IMG/VR virus record: IMGVR_UViG_3300047299_000042
Location: 941 to 64,940 of that record
Source of the DNA: a virus
Taxonomy: Duplodnaviria; Caudoviricetes
Reading direction: 5' to 3' (one strand)
DNA: 64,000 nucleotides
Part shown: in pieces, positions 30,073 to 41,009 of the stretch
Numbering within the stretch: the stretch's first letter is position 1
How the letters are laid out: every line of letters starts with the position of its first letter
The notes under the pieces: generated by a model
Database searches by the model: none
The model's input: the letters and a program-made list of their open reading frames with translations, nothing else
What the model was told of the DNA's origin: nothing
Program-made: the position numbers and the translations under genes

Positions 30073-31050
30073 ATGGATTTAACTAAATTAACTCCCTGGG
30101 GAATGGCTGCAAACGCAGCAGGTGGATTAATTGGTCTTGTTGGAGCATTTGGTAAAAAAGATGAAGCGCAAAAACAATTAGATGCGCAACGTCAATTTAC
30201 TATGTTGCAGCGGAATAAATTTGAAAGCGGATATGGAGATTTGATTAATCAAGCTAAAGGAGCCAAATTATATCAAGGAGATTTATCTCGTTATACAAAA
30301 GTTGAGCAACAGGCTGATTTAGCTAAACGAATGGCATCTGGTATGTCTCGTGGAGCTGGAGAGCAAATTGCGAGAGACCAAGCAGCCCAAACATCTGCAA
30401 ATGCACTAGCTGCAGCAACAAGAGGAGCAGGAAGTGGTACAGATATTATGACTGCCGCTTTAATGGCTCAGCAAGGAGAAAATCAAGCTCAGAATGCTAT
30501 TAGTTCACGTTCTGCTCAAGAACAAATGGCTATGCAAAATATGGCTCAGCAACAACAATTTGCCTCCCTAGGTCAGACTGCTGCCGCAGCTGCACGAGAA
30601 AGGGGCTTAGAGTTTCAATCGCTAGCAAACAGACAGCAAAATGTTTTAGCTCTTTCTCAACAAAAACTAGAAGGGGGTATGCAACTTGAGCAAGATTTGT
30701 TTGACCAAGAGCAAGCTAAAGCAGCTGCATTGCAAGAAGCAAAAAGTGCAATTTGGTCTGGTATTGGAGGTATTGCATCAGGAATTGGTACTGGTATGAT
30801 GCAAATGGGTAACCAAGCCACGCAGTTTAAAAACCTAAAGTCATTATATAATACTGGTATAGATAACTCCATTAAGTCAAGACCAGAGGTATCTGCATTG
30901 TACGGAAACCCGTTAACAGGTGGCACTTTGCCTTCAATTAGTGGTGGAGGATTTAAATTAGGAACCCCTACAATGACTGCGCAACAATCTTTTGACTCCC
31001 AATATTCTTGGAACCCAATTAATAAAGAATGGTTCTCAACTAGTAATTAA
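30073..31050 (+). CDS. Internal virion/ejection protein 1
   Basis: Ala/Gln/Gly-rich coiled coil with Gly-rich hydrophobic segments, right after the muzzle gene. Confidence 0.6.
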   Translation: MDLTKLTPWGMAANAAGGLIGLVGAFGKKDEAQKQLDAQRQFTMLQRNKFESGYGDLINQAKGAKLYQGDLSRYTKVEQQADLAKRMASGMSRGAGEQIARDQAAQTSANALAAATRGAGSGTDIMTAALMAQQGENQAQNAISSRSAQEQMAMQNMAQQQQFASLGQTAAAAARERGLEFQSLANRQQNVLALSQQKLEGGMQLEQDLFDQEQAKAAALQEAKSAIWSGIGGIASGIGTGMMQMGNQATQFKNLKSLYNTGIDNSIKSRPEVSALYGNPLTGGTLPSISGGGFKLGTPTMTAQQSFDSQYSWNPINKEWFSTSN

Positions 31051-31052
31051 TT

Positions 31053-32564
31053 ATGGCAGGATTCGTTTATAACCCAGCGGAAAGTATTAAGCAAGATTTT
31101 CAGCAGACAGGTTCTGCAATGGGAAACATTTTTGCGCAAGTAATTCAGCAACAGCAAAGAGATTATGCTCTTGCTGAGAATGCTTTTGCAAATATAGAAG
31201 CGCTTAAAAAAGACCTTAATATTTATGGTCAAAAAAGCATTACGTCAAAAGCTAATGCCTTATTAGGTCACGCAAGCTCAGCTATCCTGTCTAATGGAAA
31301 GCTTGATTACAGTAAGATGGGTGAGATTCGTCAAGCTGTTTCTGATATTAAAGACTTAAAGACAGGATATGACTTAGGTGCAAAAGAGTACGAAAAAATA
31401 CTCCAAATGGGCTTAGCCAATAAAGAAAACTTGACTAGTTTCGAAGGATTCTACAAGGATTTATCAGAAAAGATGTCAGATGAAAATTTAATTAAAAATC
31501 CACGAGACCTTCAAGCTGCTTTAGCGGACACATATACTAAGAATTTAGATGCTACTAAAATGTTTGGGAAAGCATATTTAGCAGCTAATCCATATAAGAA
31601 ATTTTCTCAAGACGTTAAAGACCCTAAGACAGGGGCTATGGTTAGAATACAAGGAGAGCTGCCAGCTGGATGGAAATTAAGTCCAGACGGAACTCCTATC
31701 CCGCCAGATGCTGTAACTGTAAAAAATGCTGATGGAACTACTTCAACACTAGATTATGCAGACCAGGCTTTAATGCAAATAAAGGCTTCTAATCCAGACG
31801 TACTTGTTGCAATGCGCCGCCAAGCTGGATTTGCATCAGAGAATATGACTGATAAGCAATTAGTTGAATATTATACAGCTAAGATTCCAATGACTTCTCA
31901 AACGCAGCAACTTAAATCAGCAGAAGAGATTCAGAAAGAAAAACTTGTCGTAGAAGAAGCTCAATTTAAAGTTAAAAACCAAGGTCGTGTATTGAATGCA
32001 CAATTAGGGCAAGTTGCAGCCTCTACTAGAGCAGCAAATGCTACAGCGGCTCTTAGCGAGCAACAATTAAAACTATACCAAGAGCCAAGAACATTAGCTG
32101 ATTATAAGCAATTAGGCATCAAATTTAATCCTGACGGAACAATAAACTATAACTTAGGCGGAGGCGTTCCTACGGATTTAGTGAAGCCAGATAATACTAC
32201 AATGAAAGTGGTTGCTTCTGAAATTTTCACTAAGCCTAATGGTAAAAAATATTTAAAATATTATATTCCTAATGCATCAAAAGATATTGATGAGCAAATT
32301 AGAGCAGGATTCCAAGGCTCAACTGCAAAAGAAATACCATTGCCAGATAATTTTGTAGAAAGTCAAACTTATAATAACTTGCAAAATGCTGTAATGGGCA
32401 ATAAAAAAGGTAAAAAGGCAATTATATCAAGTGCATTAAAGTATCTTCCTAGTGCGATTGACTTATATAGCCAGCCGATTCCAGCAACCCCAGCGGCAGC
32501 AGCTAGCACTAAATCACCAGCTCAAAACATTCCAGCAGGCTCAGTGCCTCTAGAACAATGGTAA
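31053..32564 (+). CDS. Internal virion/ejection protein 2
   Basis: 503-aa helical protein between ejection protein 1 and the giant protein. Confidence 0.55.
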   Translation: MAGFVYNPAESIKQDFQQTGSAMGNIFAQVIQQQQRDYALAENAFANIEALKKDLNIYGQKSITSKANALLGHASSAILSNGKLDYSKMGEIRQAVSDIKDLKTGYDLGAKEYEKILQMGLANKENLTSFEGFYKDLSEKMSDENLIKNPRDLQAALADTYTKNLDATKMFGKAYLAANPYKKFSQDVKDPKTGAMVRIQGELPAGWKLSPDGTPIPPDAVTVKNADGTTSTLDYADQALMQIKASNPDVLVAMRRQAGFASENMTDKQLVEYYTAKIPMTSQTQQLKSAEEIQKEKLVVEEAQFKVKNQGRVLNAQLGQVAASTRAANATAALSEQQLKLYQEPRTLADYKQLGIKFNPDGTINYNLGGGVPTDLVKPDNTTMKVVASEIFTKPNGKKYLKYYIPNASKDIDEQIRAGFQGSTAKEIPLPDNFVESQTYNNLQNAVMGNKKGKKAIISSALKYLPSAIDLYSQPIPATPAAAASTKSPAQNIPAGSVPLEQW

Positions 32565-32584
32565 TATAATAGAAAACTTAAAAT

Positions 32585-35500
32585 ATGGCTAAGAATAGAT
32601 TAATAAAAAGCTCTCGCGGAAACGGATACGGAATATTAGATGAAGAAACTAATATGGTTACGCCAGTATCTTTTGATGCTAACAAATTAATTGAAAGCAA
32701 AAAAGGGAACGGATTTGGTCTTCAATTTGGAGATTCTGTTGTACCAGTTGATATTACAGGGCTAGAGCAGTCTGATATTAATTTATTTAAAAAAAAAGTC
32801 GATACGGAATCATCATTGGCGAAAGCTTCTACGGCTACGAAGAAGGACGAGGATGGGTTCTGGGGAGGATTATCTGACACTTTTGACCTTTCTATAAGAA
32901 GGATGGCAGGCTCTACTATTGCTGGTGGAGCTACGTTCTTAACAAAACTTCTTACAGGTGCTATAAAAGGAGCTGTAGGAGAGGATGACATAAGAGGACA
33001 AAAAGAAATCAAACCCCTTGTTGATGTATTAGAAGCGCCTTCTGAATGGCTATCGCAAAAGGCTATGGAGTACAATGAAAAAACGACTCCTAAGATAGAA
33101 AAGAGCGCTATTGCAATGGGTCTTAAAGAAGAGAACCTATATCGCCCAGCCAATGAATTAATTAGAGAAGATGTTGGTCAAGGATTCCTTAAAATAGGTA
33201 TTGAAGGAGTCAAACAATTACCGCAAATAATTGCAACTGCTGCTGCTGGGCAATCTAAAATGGCTCAATTTGCTTCTTCTGCAACGCTAGCAGGCACTCA
33301 GGCTATTCAAGAGGAGTACGAAAAAGATAAAGATGTATCAGGTATAGACATATTCCAGTCAGGGGTAAAAGGGGTTGTCGAAGGTTTAACCGAGATGATT
33401 TTTGATACCGACTTAAAAACACTTCGTAAAACTGGAGAAGCTATAGTAGACGTTACAATGGATGGGGCTACTGATGTCATAAAAAATATCATTAAAAGCC
33501 AAGGTAAAAAGGAGGCAAAAGAAGTTATCGTCAGAAACTGGGGTGGCGTAATTATGGAAGGTCTTAAGGGGGCTGGACAAGAAGCCCTAGAGGAGGGTAT
33601 TGCTAATGCGGCAGGTTTTGTTGTTGATACAATTGACGCAGGAAAACTAGACAAAAAAGACTACGATAAATTGCTAGATGATTTCTATGACTCCATACTT
33701 GTTGGTGCATTTATGGGAGGTGGAATCAGTTCAATTGGCGCATCCGTATCAAAGCAAAAGTTAACAAAAGAACAAGAAAAACAAGTATCTAGACTACAGG
33801 ATGTTGTAAACGATGAATCTATCCCGACTGAAGCAAGAAATATTGCAAAGGAAAAGATAGATGATATTGTTAAGTATAATTTTGGTATAGCAAATGACAA
33901 CTATAAATTAGTTGCCAATCTTCCTGTTGACCAACGAGTTGAAGCTTTAAAGCTTACTAATAAAATAGAAGACTTTGAGTATGCTAAATCGATGGCAAAA
34001 ACAGAAGACCTTATTGCTACTTTTGATTTAAAGATAGAAGACTTAGAAAACAAGAGAAAGGCTATCTTTGATGAATTTGATGCATCAGGAGTAAAAGCCG
34101 CAGCAGAAGCTCGTAAGACTCAATCAGAAAAAGACATAGAGGCAGCTAGTCAATATTTTGAAAGTTCTGATATGTTAAATAGCGTTAATAACGCATTAGC
34201 TCCTATCCAAGAGCGATTAAATAGCAACAAAGAGATTGACGAAAACGAATTAGATAAGTCGGCAGATGAACTATATGCCATTGCTGACAAGGTAGAGAAA
34301 GATGAAACTTTAACTCCAGAACAGAAGGCGTTAATTAACGACCCCATATTCGAACAAATACAAAAATTAGATAGCTATGAATTTGCAACAAAGACTGATT
34401 TTACAGAGATTACCCAAAGACAAACAACTAAAAGTACTAGAGAAGTTGGAAGAGTTGAAAGGCAAGGAGCAGCTCAATCAGTTGCAAACAGCCGATGGGC
34501 AGGAAATCCAATCACAGTTACAATCGAAGATGGAACAGTAACCAATACTGTTGCTGAAGTAACTAGTTCAGGTAAGATTGTTTTAAAACCAAAAGTATCT
34601 TTCAACAAGAAATCCCAGATACGAGACGAGCAAAATAGAGTCTCTAAAAATCCTATTGTTGTAGATACCAACTTTACGGAATTTGTAGAGAGTAAATTTG
34701 ATGAAGATGGAAATGTTTCTGGAGTTGTACTAAAAGACAATAGAAATAATACAAAATTTGAGATTAATAACCCTGATTTAGCTTTAGATATTGCTTTAAA
34801 GGCTAAGCAGGATAAATTAGGTACAGTTTCTGATGCAGTGTTTGAGCAGGTTGTAAAGGATGAAACTGTGGGTATGGATATTACTTGGACTACCAAGTTG
34901 GCTGGCAGAAAAGCTCCTGTAGTGGCACAAACTACACAGGAAACGGCACCTGTTCAGCAAGAAAGTCCTACGCAAAATTTAACTCCTCGTCAAGCTGTTG
35001 AAGTTGATAGTGCATTTGAGAGACGCACAGATAACCCTATATTAAATACATTAGGCGCACAAGTTAAGAGTATTGTATCTAACGCTTATAAAGCACTAAA
35101 ATCTATATCCCCTAATTCTAGAATGGTTATTTATGATAACGAAGATTCTATGATTGAGGGTCTTGTGAACGAAGGGGTTGACAGAGATAAAGCTATAGAA
35201 GTTGCTATGGGAGCTGGTGGGTTATTTAATCCTTCGACTGGTAATATTCATATTAATAAAGGGGCAAAAGATTCTTCAGGTAATGTAATTAATACATTGA
35301 CAGGCACAACATTGCCTCACGAAATAACTCACGCTGTATTGTTCCCTTTAGCGAAGCAGAATCCTAAAGAATTTGCTAATATGGTAGACCGTATTCTACC
35401 ATTTATACCAGAGCCACAGCGTACTAGATTACAAGAGTTTGCAGGTCAATACGAAGGAGATGGCGTAGATGCACAAGCGGAAGAATTCTTGTCTGAATTA

Positions 35501-38500
35501 GGTGGCATGATAACAAGAGGAGAGGTTAAGTTCACTCCTAGTAGATTACATAAAATCAGAATGGCTATCAAAGAATTTATTCAAAAGGTAGCTAAAAAGC
35601 TGAATAACAAAGAGTTAGCTAAACTGGCAGATAAGTTGTTCCCTGAATCTTCTTCAGTACAAGAAGATATGAAATTCTTTAATGATTTAGCTCGGTCAAT
35701 TCAGTCAGGTAGCAAAATAAACGCCTCAAGAATATCTGCTCTAGCAGAGAAGCAATCTACAGAAAAAGCTATTAGTGAGCAAGATGCCCAAGATATTGAT
35801 AATATTAATGGTGATTTTACAGGCGAGTTATATGAGCCAACTAATTTAAACATTACAGGAACAATCACAAATCCTGCTCCATCAACAGGTAGAAGCTCAA
35901 GAATTCGCCAAAGTAGAGGAGATATTAATGTTATAGAACATCCAACGTTTGAAAAGAAAAACTTAGTTGGCAAGAAATATAGCGTTACAATGTCTGACCA
36001 TACAAAAGTTGGAGAGTATGTTAACGAAAAAACTGGAGTCAAAATTAGCAACTTAATGGGTGGCGTTTTCTATCCGTATGTTAAAGGAGTTAGGGATGCA
36101 GGTTTAGCTTGGGCGTCAGTTACTACTAAGGCTGCAAGAGAAATGATTATTAATGCTGCAAACCAAGATTACACCTTGGTTTACAGAATGGCTCGCTCAA
36201 CAGGTAGTCGAGGCAACCAAAACTTTAATGAGGTTGCTTTTGCTGAATTAACTGCACCAGTTAATAATGGTAAAGTTTCTGAAAAGGAGTTTTTGAAACG
36301 ATTGAACGACAAGTTAAACTCTGTATCAGGAGGCAAGCAACTTGTGGCTGGCAAGGCGTTTTTAGATAAGTATGGCTCAGAATCAAAAAACAAGATTACT
36401 GTTAAGGAGAAGAATGATAAAGGGGAATTAGTTGAAGTAACTAAGAAAAGAAAAGAGATAACAAGCCTATCTCAATTTAATGAATCTTTGAAAAAGGAAT
36501 CATTTGGTAGCAGAGGTTCTTTTTGGAGCACACTACTAAAGGATAGCTGGGATAAAAAAAGTACAGGAGATTGGTACAAGTTTTTAGAAAAATATAACGT
36601 AGCTTCTATTGCTGATATTGTAGATGGATTAGCTGAGCAAGTTACAGATTCAGCTAATGACCACGATGTTGTAGCTGTACTTAAACTTGATAAGCCAGAA
36701 TATGACGAAAGGGGTAATGTTAAAATTTATACCACTAATAAAGATTTAGTTAACGAAGCTAAAGGTGTTTATTTTATAGATGCCCCGTCACACCCTAGCT
36801 ACCCATATGTAGTTAAAGGTGAGCCAGTTGGAGTATTAGACGAGTTTAATAATATATCAGATTATTTCCCTGTTATCAATGACTGGATTCAGTCGGGTAG
36901 ATTAAATTCGCCTTATAAGGCTGTAGAAACAATGAGTAGAGAGCTTATCTCAAGTAGAGATATGCTTAGACAGCAAAAGATACCTAACGCTACGCAGGCA
37001 TCTAAAAAAGCTTTTGAACAAAAAAGAAAGTTTGACATTAAGAAGTTCCCAACAGAAGTTCAGAAGTGGCTGTTTGACAGACAGATAAATATTAGACGCG
37101 CTTTAAAAGATGCTGATATGGAATTCTCTTTATATGCTTTAGTGAATAAAGCTGGAGCTTCTCCGTTAGCAAACTTTAAATTTCAAGAAGTATTTAAGGA
37201 TGTCTATGGTGGATTATCAAAAGAGCAGATATCTAGATTAGATGATTTTGTTTTCTTACGAAGAGTTATAGCACTTGACTCTAATTTTGACAACCAGAAA
37301 AACTTAATTAATAAAAAAATACGGGATTTAATTGAACTTAGAAAAATTGCTGAGACAAAAGAAGAGCTTAACGCAATAAACAAAGAGATTAATGATTTAT
37401 CAGAATTAAGGAAAGAAAAGGATAGACCATTACACCCTGTGCATACAACAGCAGGAGGTAAAGAGGTTGCCACCAATAAAGAGTCGGCTGAAAAAACACT
37501 TGAAGATTATAAGAAGTCTTTAGGAGAAGAGGAGTACAATAAAATGTACGATAGGTCTAATAGGTATTTTAAAGCTTTTTCTAATCTATTAAAATACAAG
37601 TATGAAAACGGTCAAATAACCAAGGAAGAGTACGATATGTATAAGGACTATAATTATAGTCCGAGAAGATTTTTCGAGCATATGTTCGGAGATACGGATG
37701 CTTCTATTTATTCAAATAGAGGCGTTTCATTGAGTGCAGATGAAATTAAATTAGTCGGGAAGGGGAGTCTAGATTTCTTGGAAACAGATTCAATGAAATT
37801 GTTACACGCGGCAATGGTTGCTACCGAGAATAAGGTAATGACCAATAAAGCATTAAAGGTATTCTTCCAAGAGGCAGCTGGCAAGAATCTTTCATTCTTT
37901 AAAGAGTTAAATTACGAAAGAAGAGCTGATGGCTCTATCGCTACAAACAAAGATGGCTCGCCAAAATACAAAGAGGCTTCTTATGGGTTTACTAATATGA
38001 TTTTCAAAGTTAACGGAGTTAATCAAGGATTTCAATTGGACTCGTCATTAGCTAAAGAGTTTCTGGATGTAGAAAAGTGGAATACAAATCACACTGCATA
38101 TAAGATATTATCTAAAGCTACAGGCGCTCAAATACTAAGACAGCTTGCGACTGGTATGAACGTTGGGTTCTTTATTACTAACATACCAATTGACTTACTG
38201 TCTCAAGTGCATTTTAATGACGTTTATAATGGAGCTGGAGTTGGCGTAGCTGGGGAGTATCAAAAAGCCATTACAGGAACATTATCAATGGCTAAATCTT
38301 TGATAGCAAACGATAAGCTAGCACAAGAATTAACGCTAGAGTATGCTCAAGCAGGGGGACTAATGATGACCCAAACTCAAGAGGGTACATCTGGGAAACC
38401 TGTATTAGGTGCTATAGAAGAGGGTCTATCTTACTTTGGTAATGTATCAGAGTTAGCTTCTAAATTAAATGCTTACAACTCTGTAAAAGAAAGAGAGATA

Positions 38501-39892
38501 GCTAAATATAAAGAGCAAAACAATGATAATGACCCAGACGCGGAGGCTTTAGAGAATATTAAAGCTAGAGCAGTATTTGAAGCTAGAGGTGCTATGGACT
38601 TTCATAGAGGAGGGTTGTTGACAAAGTATTTAGATGGGTTTATCCCTTATTTAAATGTTGCCTTCCAAGGTACTCGAATCACAGCAGAATATATAAAGAA
38701 TAATCCAGCGAAGTTCTTTAATAAGATTGTTCAAACTGGATTAGGAGTAATGGCACTGACATTATATAATATGATGGTAGCTGGTGACGAATGGGATAAT
38801 GATGATTTGCGTCAAGCTAAAACAAATAAATTGTTAATATTCTCTCCATTTAAAAACAGCGATGGGACTCATTCTTATGCAGAGATTCCTGTTCCAACAG
38901 GAGTCAAAGCTTTCTGGAATTTGTTCCAAAATATGGGAGAGGGAGTTTATTATAAGCATATTGCAAAAACGCCTGAAAAACTAAATGGTATTTTAGCAAA
39001 AACATTGGCAGACGATTTAGCTATGTTTGTGCCAAAAGCAACAACAATGCTACCTCCAACAGCAAAGGCTATTTATGAGTATGCTAGCAACACAAATCTT
39101 TGGACAGGAAGAAATATAACATACGAAGTTGTAAACACTAAAGATGAGGGCAAACTTGATGAGAATGTCTTAGGTTTCTATAAGATATTGGCTAAAGCTG
39201 CGGATAGTTTAGGTATTGAAGTATCGCCTATAAGAACACAGAAATTAGTAGAGGATATGATTACCAATCCGCACACTAACATTGCGGTAGGATTAGCCTA
39301 CTCAATGGTAGACAAGGTCGTAAACGCAATCCCAGAGAAACTAGGAGGTTTGCCAGAAAAAGAGCAATCAAAGTATTCTAAGCAAAATTTAGGTGATTTT
39401 AGTATTCAACCTATTAAAGATTTAGTGGGTAGAGCTACTGGAACTACAGATAAAAAGAACAACGGTAAATACATTGATGTTCAAGAAATAGTTGAGCAAG
39501 AGAATAAAAATGTAGGCTCTTACAGACAGGAAATCAAGTATGACTTGCAAAAAATGGCTGAGGGCAAAATACCTATGGACAAGGCACTTGACTACATAAC
39601 TTCCTTAAGCGACATTGGAGATAAAAAATTTGCATCTAATTACTATAAGGCATTAACACAAGAATCTTACTTGAATATCCCTAGTAATAAATTTAGATAT
39701 GGAGCAATTGGATTTGGGGCAACATCTGATGAGTCAAGGGCAAAAGTTCTATACGCTTCGTTCCCTAATATGAATGTATTAGAAAATGAACAAATAATGA
39801 AAGACTTAAAGATAATGGGTATCGCAAGTCCAATGACAATAATGTATTACAAGAAAATTTACGAGAACAAAGGAGTTTTAAAAGAAAGATAA
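32585..39892 (+). CDS. Giant ejection/polyvalent protein with zincin metallopeptidase motif and LPD38-like C-terminus
   Basis: 2435 aa; GLFNP...IHIN...LPHEITHA...EEFLSE zincin motif; DFHRGG...FIPYLNVAFQG and C-terminal helical region like LPD38-bearing proteins. Confidence 0.65.
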   Translation: MAKNRLIKSSRGNGYGILDEETNMVTPVSFDANKLIESKKGNGFGLQFGDSVVPVDITGLEQSDINLFKKKVDTESSLAKASTATKKDEDGFWGGLSDTFDLSIRRMAGSTIAGGATFLTKLLTGAIKGAVGEDDIRGQKEIKPLVDVLEAPSEWLSQKAMEYNEKTTPKIEKSAIAMGLKEENLYRPANELIREDVGQGFLKIGIEGVKQLPQIIATAAAGQSKMAQFASSATLAGTQAIQEEYEKDKDVSGIDIFQSGVKGVVEGLTEMIFDTDLKTLRKTGEAIVDVTMDGATDVIKNIIKSQGKKEAKEVIVRNWGGVIMEGLKGAGQEALEEGIANAAGFVVDTIDAGKLDKKDYDKLLDDFYDSILVGAFMGGGISSIGASVSKQKLTKEQEKQVSRLQDVVNDESIPTEARNIAKEKIDDIVKYNFGIANDNYKLVANLPVDQRVEALKLTNKIEDFEYAKSMAKTEDLIATFDLKIEDLENKRKAIFDEFDASGVKAAAEARKTQSEKDIEAASQYFESSDMLNSVNNALAPIQERLNSNKEIDENELDKSADELYAIADKVEKDETLTPEQKALINDPIFEQIQKLDSYEFATKTDFTEITQRQTTKSTREVGRVERQGAAQSVANSRWAGNPITVTIEDGTVTNTVAEVTSSGKIVLKPKVSFNKKSQIRDEQNRVSKNPIVVDTNFTEFVESKFDEDGNVSGVVLKDNRNNTKFEINNPDLALDIALKAKQDKLGTVSDAVFEQVVKDETVGMDITWTTKLAGRKAPVVAQTTQETAPVQQESPTQNLTPRQAVEVDSAFERRTDNPILNTLGAQVKSIVSNAYKALKSISPNSRMVIYDNEDSMIEGLVNEGVDRDKAIEVAMGAGGLFNPSTGNIHINKGAKDSSGNVINTLTGTTLPHEITHAVLFPLAKQNPKEFANMVDRILPFIPEPQRTRLQEFAGQYEGDGVDAQAEEFLSELGGMITRGEVKFTPSRLHKIRMAIKEFIQKVAKKLNNKELAKLADKLFPESSSVQEDMKFFNDLARSIQSGSKINASRISALAEKQSTEKAISEQDAQDIDNINGDFTGELYEPTNLNITGTITNPAPSTGRSSRIRQSRGDINVIEHPTFEKKNLVGKKYSVTMSDHTKVGEYVNEKTGVKISNLMGGVFYPYVKGVRDAGLAWASVTTKAAREMIINAANQDYTLVYRMARSTGSRGNQNFNEVAFAELTAPVNNGKVSEKEFLKRLNDKLNSVSGGKQLVAGKAFLDKYGSESKNKITVKEKNDKGELVEVTKKRKEITSLSQFNESLKKESFGSRGSFWSTLLKDSWDKKSTGDWYKFLEKYNVASIADIVDGLAEQVTDSANDHDVVAVLKLDKPEYDERGNVKIYTTNKDLVNEAKGVYFIDAPSHPSYPYVVKGEPVGVLDEFNNISDYFPVINDWIQSGRLNSPYKAVETMSRELISSRDMLRQQKIPNATQASKKAFEQKRKFDIKKFPTEVQKWLFDRQINIRRALKDADMEFSLYALVNKAGASPLANFKFQEVFKDVYGGLSKEQISRLDDFVFLRRVIALDSNFDNQKNLINKKIRDLIELRKIAETKEELNAINKEINDLSELRKEKDRPLHPVHTTAGGKEVATNKESAEKTLEDYKKSLGEEEYNKMYDRSNRYFKAFSNLLKYKYENGQITKEEYDMYKDYNYSPRRFFEHMFGDTDASIYSNRGVSLSADEIKLVGKGSLDFLETDSMKLLHAAMVATENKVMTNKALKVFFQEAAGKNLSFFKELNYERRADGSIATNKDGSPKYKEASYGFTNMIFKVNGVNQGFQLDSSLAKEFLDVEKWNTNHTAYKILSKATGAQILRQLATGMNVGFFITNIPIDLLSQVHFNDVYNGAGVGVAGEYQKAITGTLSMAKSLIANDKLAQELTLEYAQAGGLMMTQTQEGTSGKPVLGAIEEGLSYFGNVSELASKLNAYNSVKEREIAKYKEQNNDNDPDAEALENIKARAVFEARGAMDFHRGGLLTKYLDGFIPYLNVAFQGTRITAEYIKNNPAKFFNKIVQTGLGVMALTLYNMMVAGDEWDNDDLRQAKTNKLLIFSPFKNSDGTHSYAEIPVPTGVKAFWNLFQNMGEGVYYKHIAKTPEKLNGILAKTLADDLAMFVPKATTMLPPTAKAIYEYASNTNLWTGRNITYEVVNTKDEGKLDENVLGFYKILAKAADSLGIEVSPIRTQKLVEDMITNPHTNIAVGLAYSMVDKVVNAIPEKLGGLPEKEQSKYSKQNLGDFSIQPIKDLVGRATGTTDKKNNGKYIDVQEIVEQENKNVGSYRQEIKYDLQKMAEGKIPMDKALDYITSLSDIGDKKFASNYYKALTQESYLNIPSNKFRYGAIGFGATSDESRAKVLYASFPNMNVLENEQIMKDLKIMGIASPMTIMYYKKIYENKGVLKER

Positions 39893-39893
39893 G

Positions 39894-40040
39894 ATGATAA
39901 AGAAGGTAAAAGGAGGCTACAAGTTAGTCTCCAAAACAACTGGACGTAACCTTGGAACTGCTAAGACTAAAGCAGGTATAGAAAAACGTGAGAAACAAGT
40001 AAATTATTTTAAGTATCTTGCATCGAAAAAGAAGAAATAG
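39894..40040 (+). CDS. Small basic protein (48 aa, not in ORF track)
   Basis: MIKKVKGGYKLVSKTTGRNLGTAKTKAGIEKREKQVNYFKYLASKKKK. Confidence 0.6.
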   Translation: MIKKVKGGYKLVSKTTGRNLGTAKTKAGIEKREKQVNYFKYLASKKKK

Positions 40041-40042
40041 TT

Positions 40043-40510
40043 ATGGCAAGTTTAATAGAGATGCAAAAGATGGCTGTTCAGAAGCAGGCATTTGGCAAAT
40101 TAATGAATGACTACTCACAGCCTGCTGGCGAAAATGAGTCAGGCGAATCGCCTCAAGAAGAGCTGTTATGTGAGATGTTAGAAGCATCTGCACAGGCAAA
40201 AGTTTTCCATTGGCAAACTTCTTCTTTTGCAGAACACGAGGCAATGGGCGAATTCTATGATGGATTCAATGACTTAATGGATAAATTCATTGAGGCTTAC
40301 CAAGGTTGCTATGGTCGTATTATGTTAGGATGCGAGCTAGAAGTTAAGCCTTATACAATGGATGCACCAGTAGCATTCTTGACTTCATTTAAGCAATATG
40401 TATCAGGAGACGCTAGAATGTTAGTTATAGGTAACGCCGCTTTGTCTAACATCTTAGATGAGATTAACGGATTAGTAGAGCAAACTTTATACCGCCTAAC
40501 TTTTAAGTAA
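40043..40510 (+). CDS. Ferritin-like/Dps-like protein
   Basis: FHWQT.SFAEH.A..EFY...DKFIEAYQG and DEI.....TLYRLTFK four-helix ferroxidase-type pattern. Confidence 0.75.
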   Translation: MASLIEMQKMAVQKQAFGKLMNDYSQPAGENESGESPQEELLCEMLEASAQAKVFHWQTSSFAEHEAMGEFYDGFNDLMDKFIEAYQGCYGRIMLGCELEVKPYTMDAPVAFLTSFKQYVSGDARMLVIGNAALSNILDEINGLVEQTLYRLTFK

Positions 40511-40511
40511 T

Positions 40512-41009
40512 ATGAAGAAATGCTCTTCTTGTAAAAGCGAGTTGGATTTGAGTGAATTCTTTAAGCATAGTCAGACATTTGATGGACATCATAGTTGGTG
40601 TAAAAAATGCTGTAAAGAGGGGAATAATAAATCAAGGGCTAAGCTTAATTCAACAATAGAGGGGAAAGCAAGTATTTTTTTATTAAATGCTAGAAAATCT
40701 GCAATAAAAAGAGGCAATGAGTTTGAGTTAGAAATTTCCGATATTGTAGATATGTGGAATGAGCAATTAAATGTTTGTCCATATTCTGGTATTGTAATGA
40801 CATTAGAATCTGGTAAATTTAACACTGTTTCAGTAGAAAGAATTGACAGTAAAATTGGATACACAAAAGACAATACAATACTTGTTTGTAGCGCAATAAA
40901 TAGAATGAAATCAGACTTTGAATTCAATCAATTTTATGATTTATGCAAATCAGTAACTATATTTTTAAGTGATAATGATTTAAATATCCAAGTTGGAGCT
41001 TACAAATGA
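40512..41009 (+). CDS. Zn-finger His-Me/HNH-like endonuclease
   Basis: CSSC...CKKC, then CPYSG...SVERIDSKIGY...N....C...N.MK. Confidence 0.7.
   Translation: MKKCSSCKSELDLSEFFKHSQTFDGHHSWCKKCCKEGNNKSRAKLNSTIEGKASIFLLNARKSAIKRGNEFELEISDIVDMWNEQLNVCPYSGIVMTLESGKFNTVSVERIDSKIGYTKDNTILVCSAINRMKSDFEFNQFYDLCKSVTIFLSDNDLNIQVGAYK

Noticed and set aside
487-37476. Numerous antisense and alternate-frame ORFs in the track (e.g. 22940-23359, 32722-33153, 34474-34896)
   Set aside because: They lie within long, well-supported + strand genes and reflect codon bias or low complexity
32585-39892. Virion RNA polymerase
   Set aside because: No DFDxD catalytic motif; the only DxDxD (DNDPD) is in a low-complexity linker
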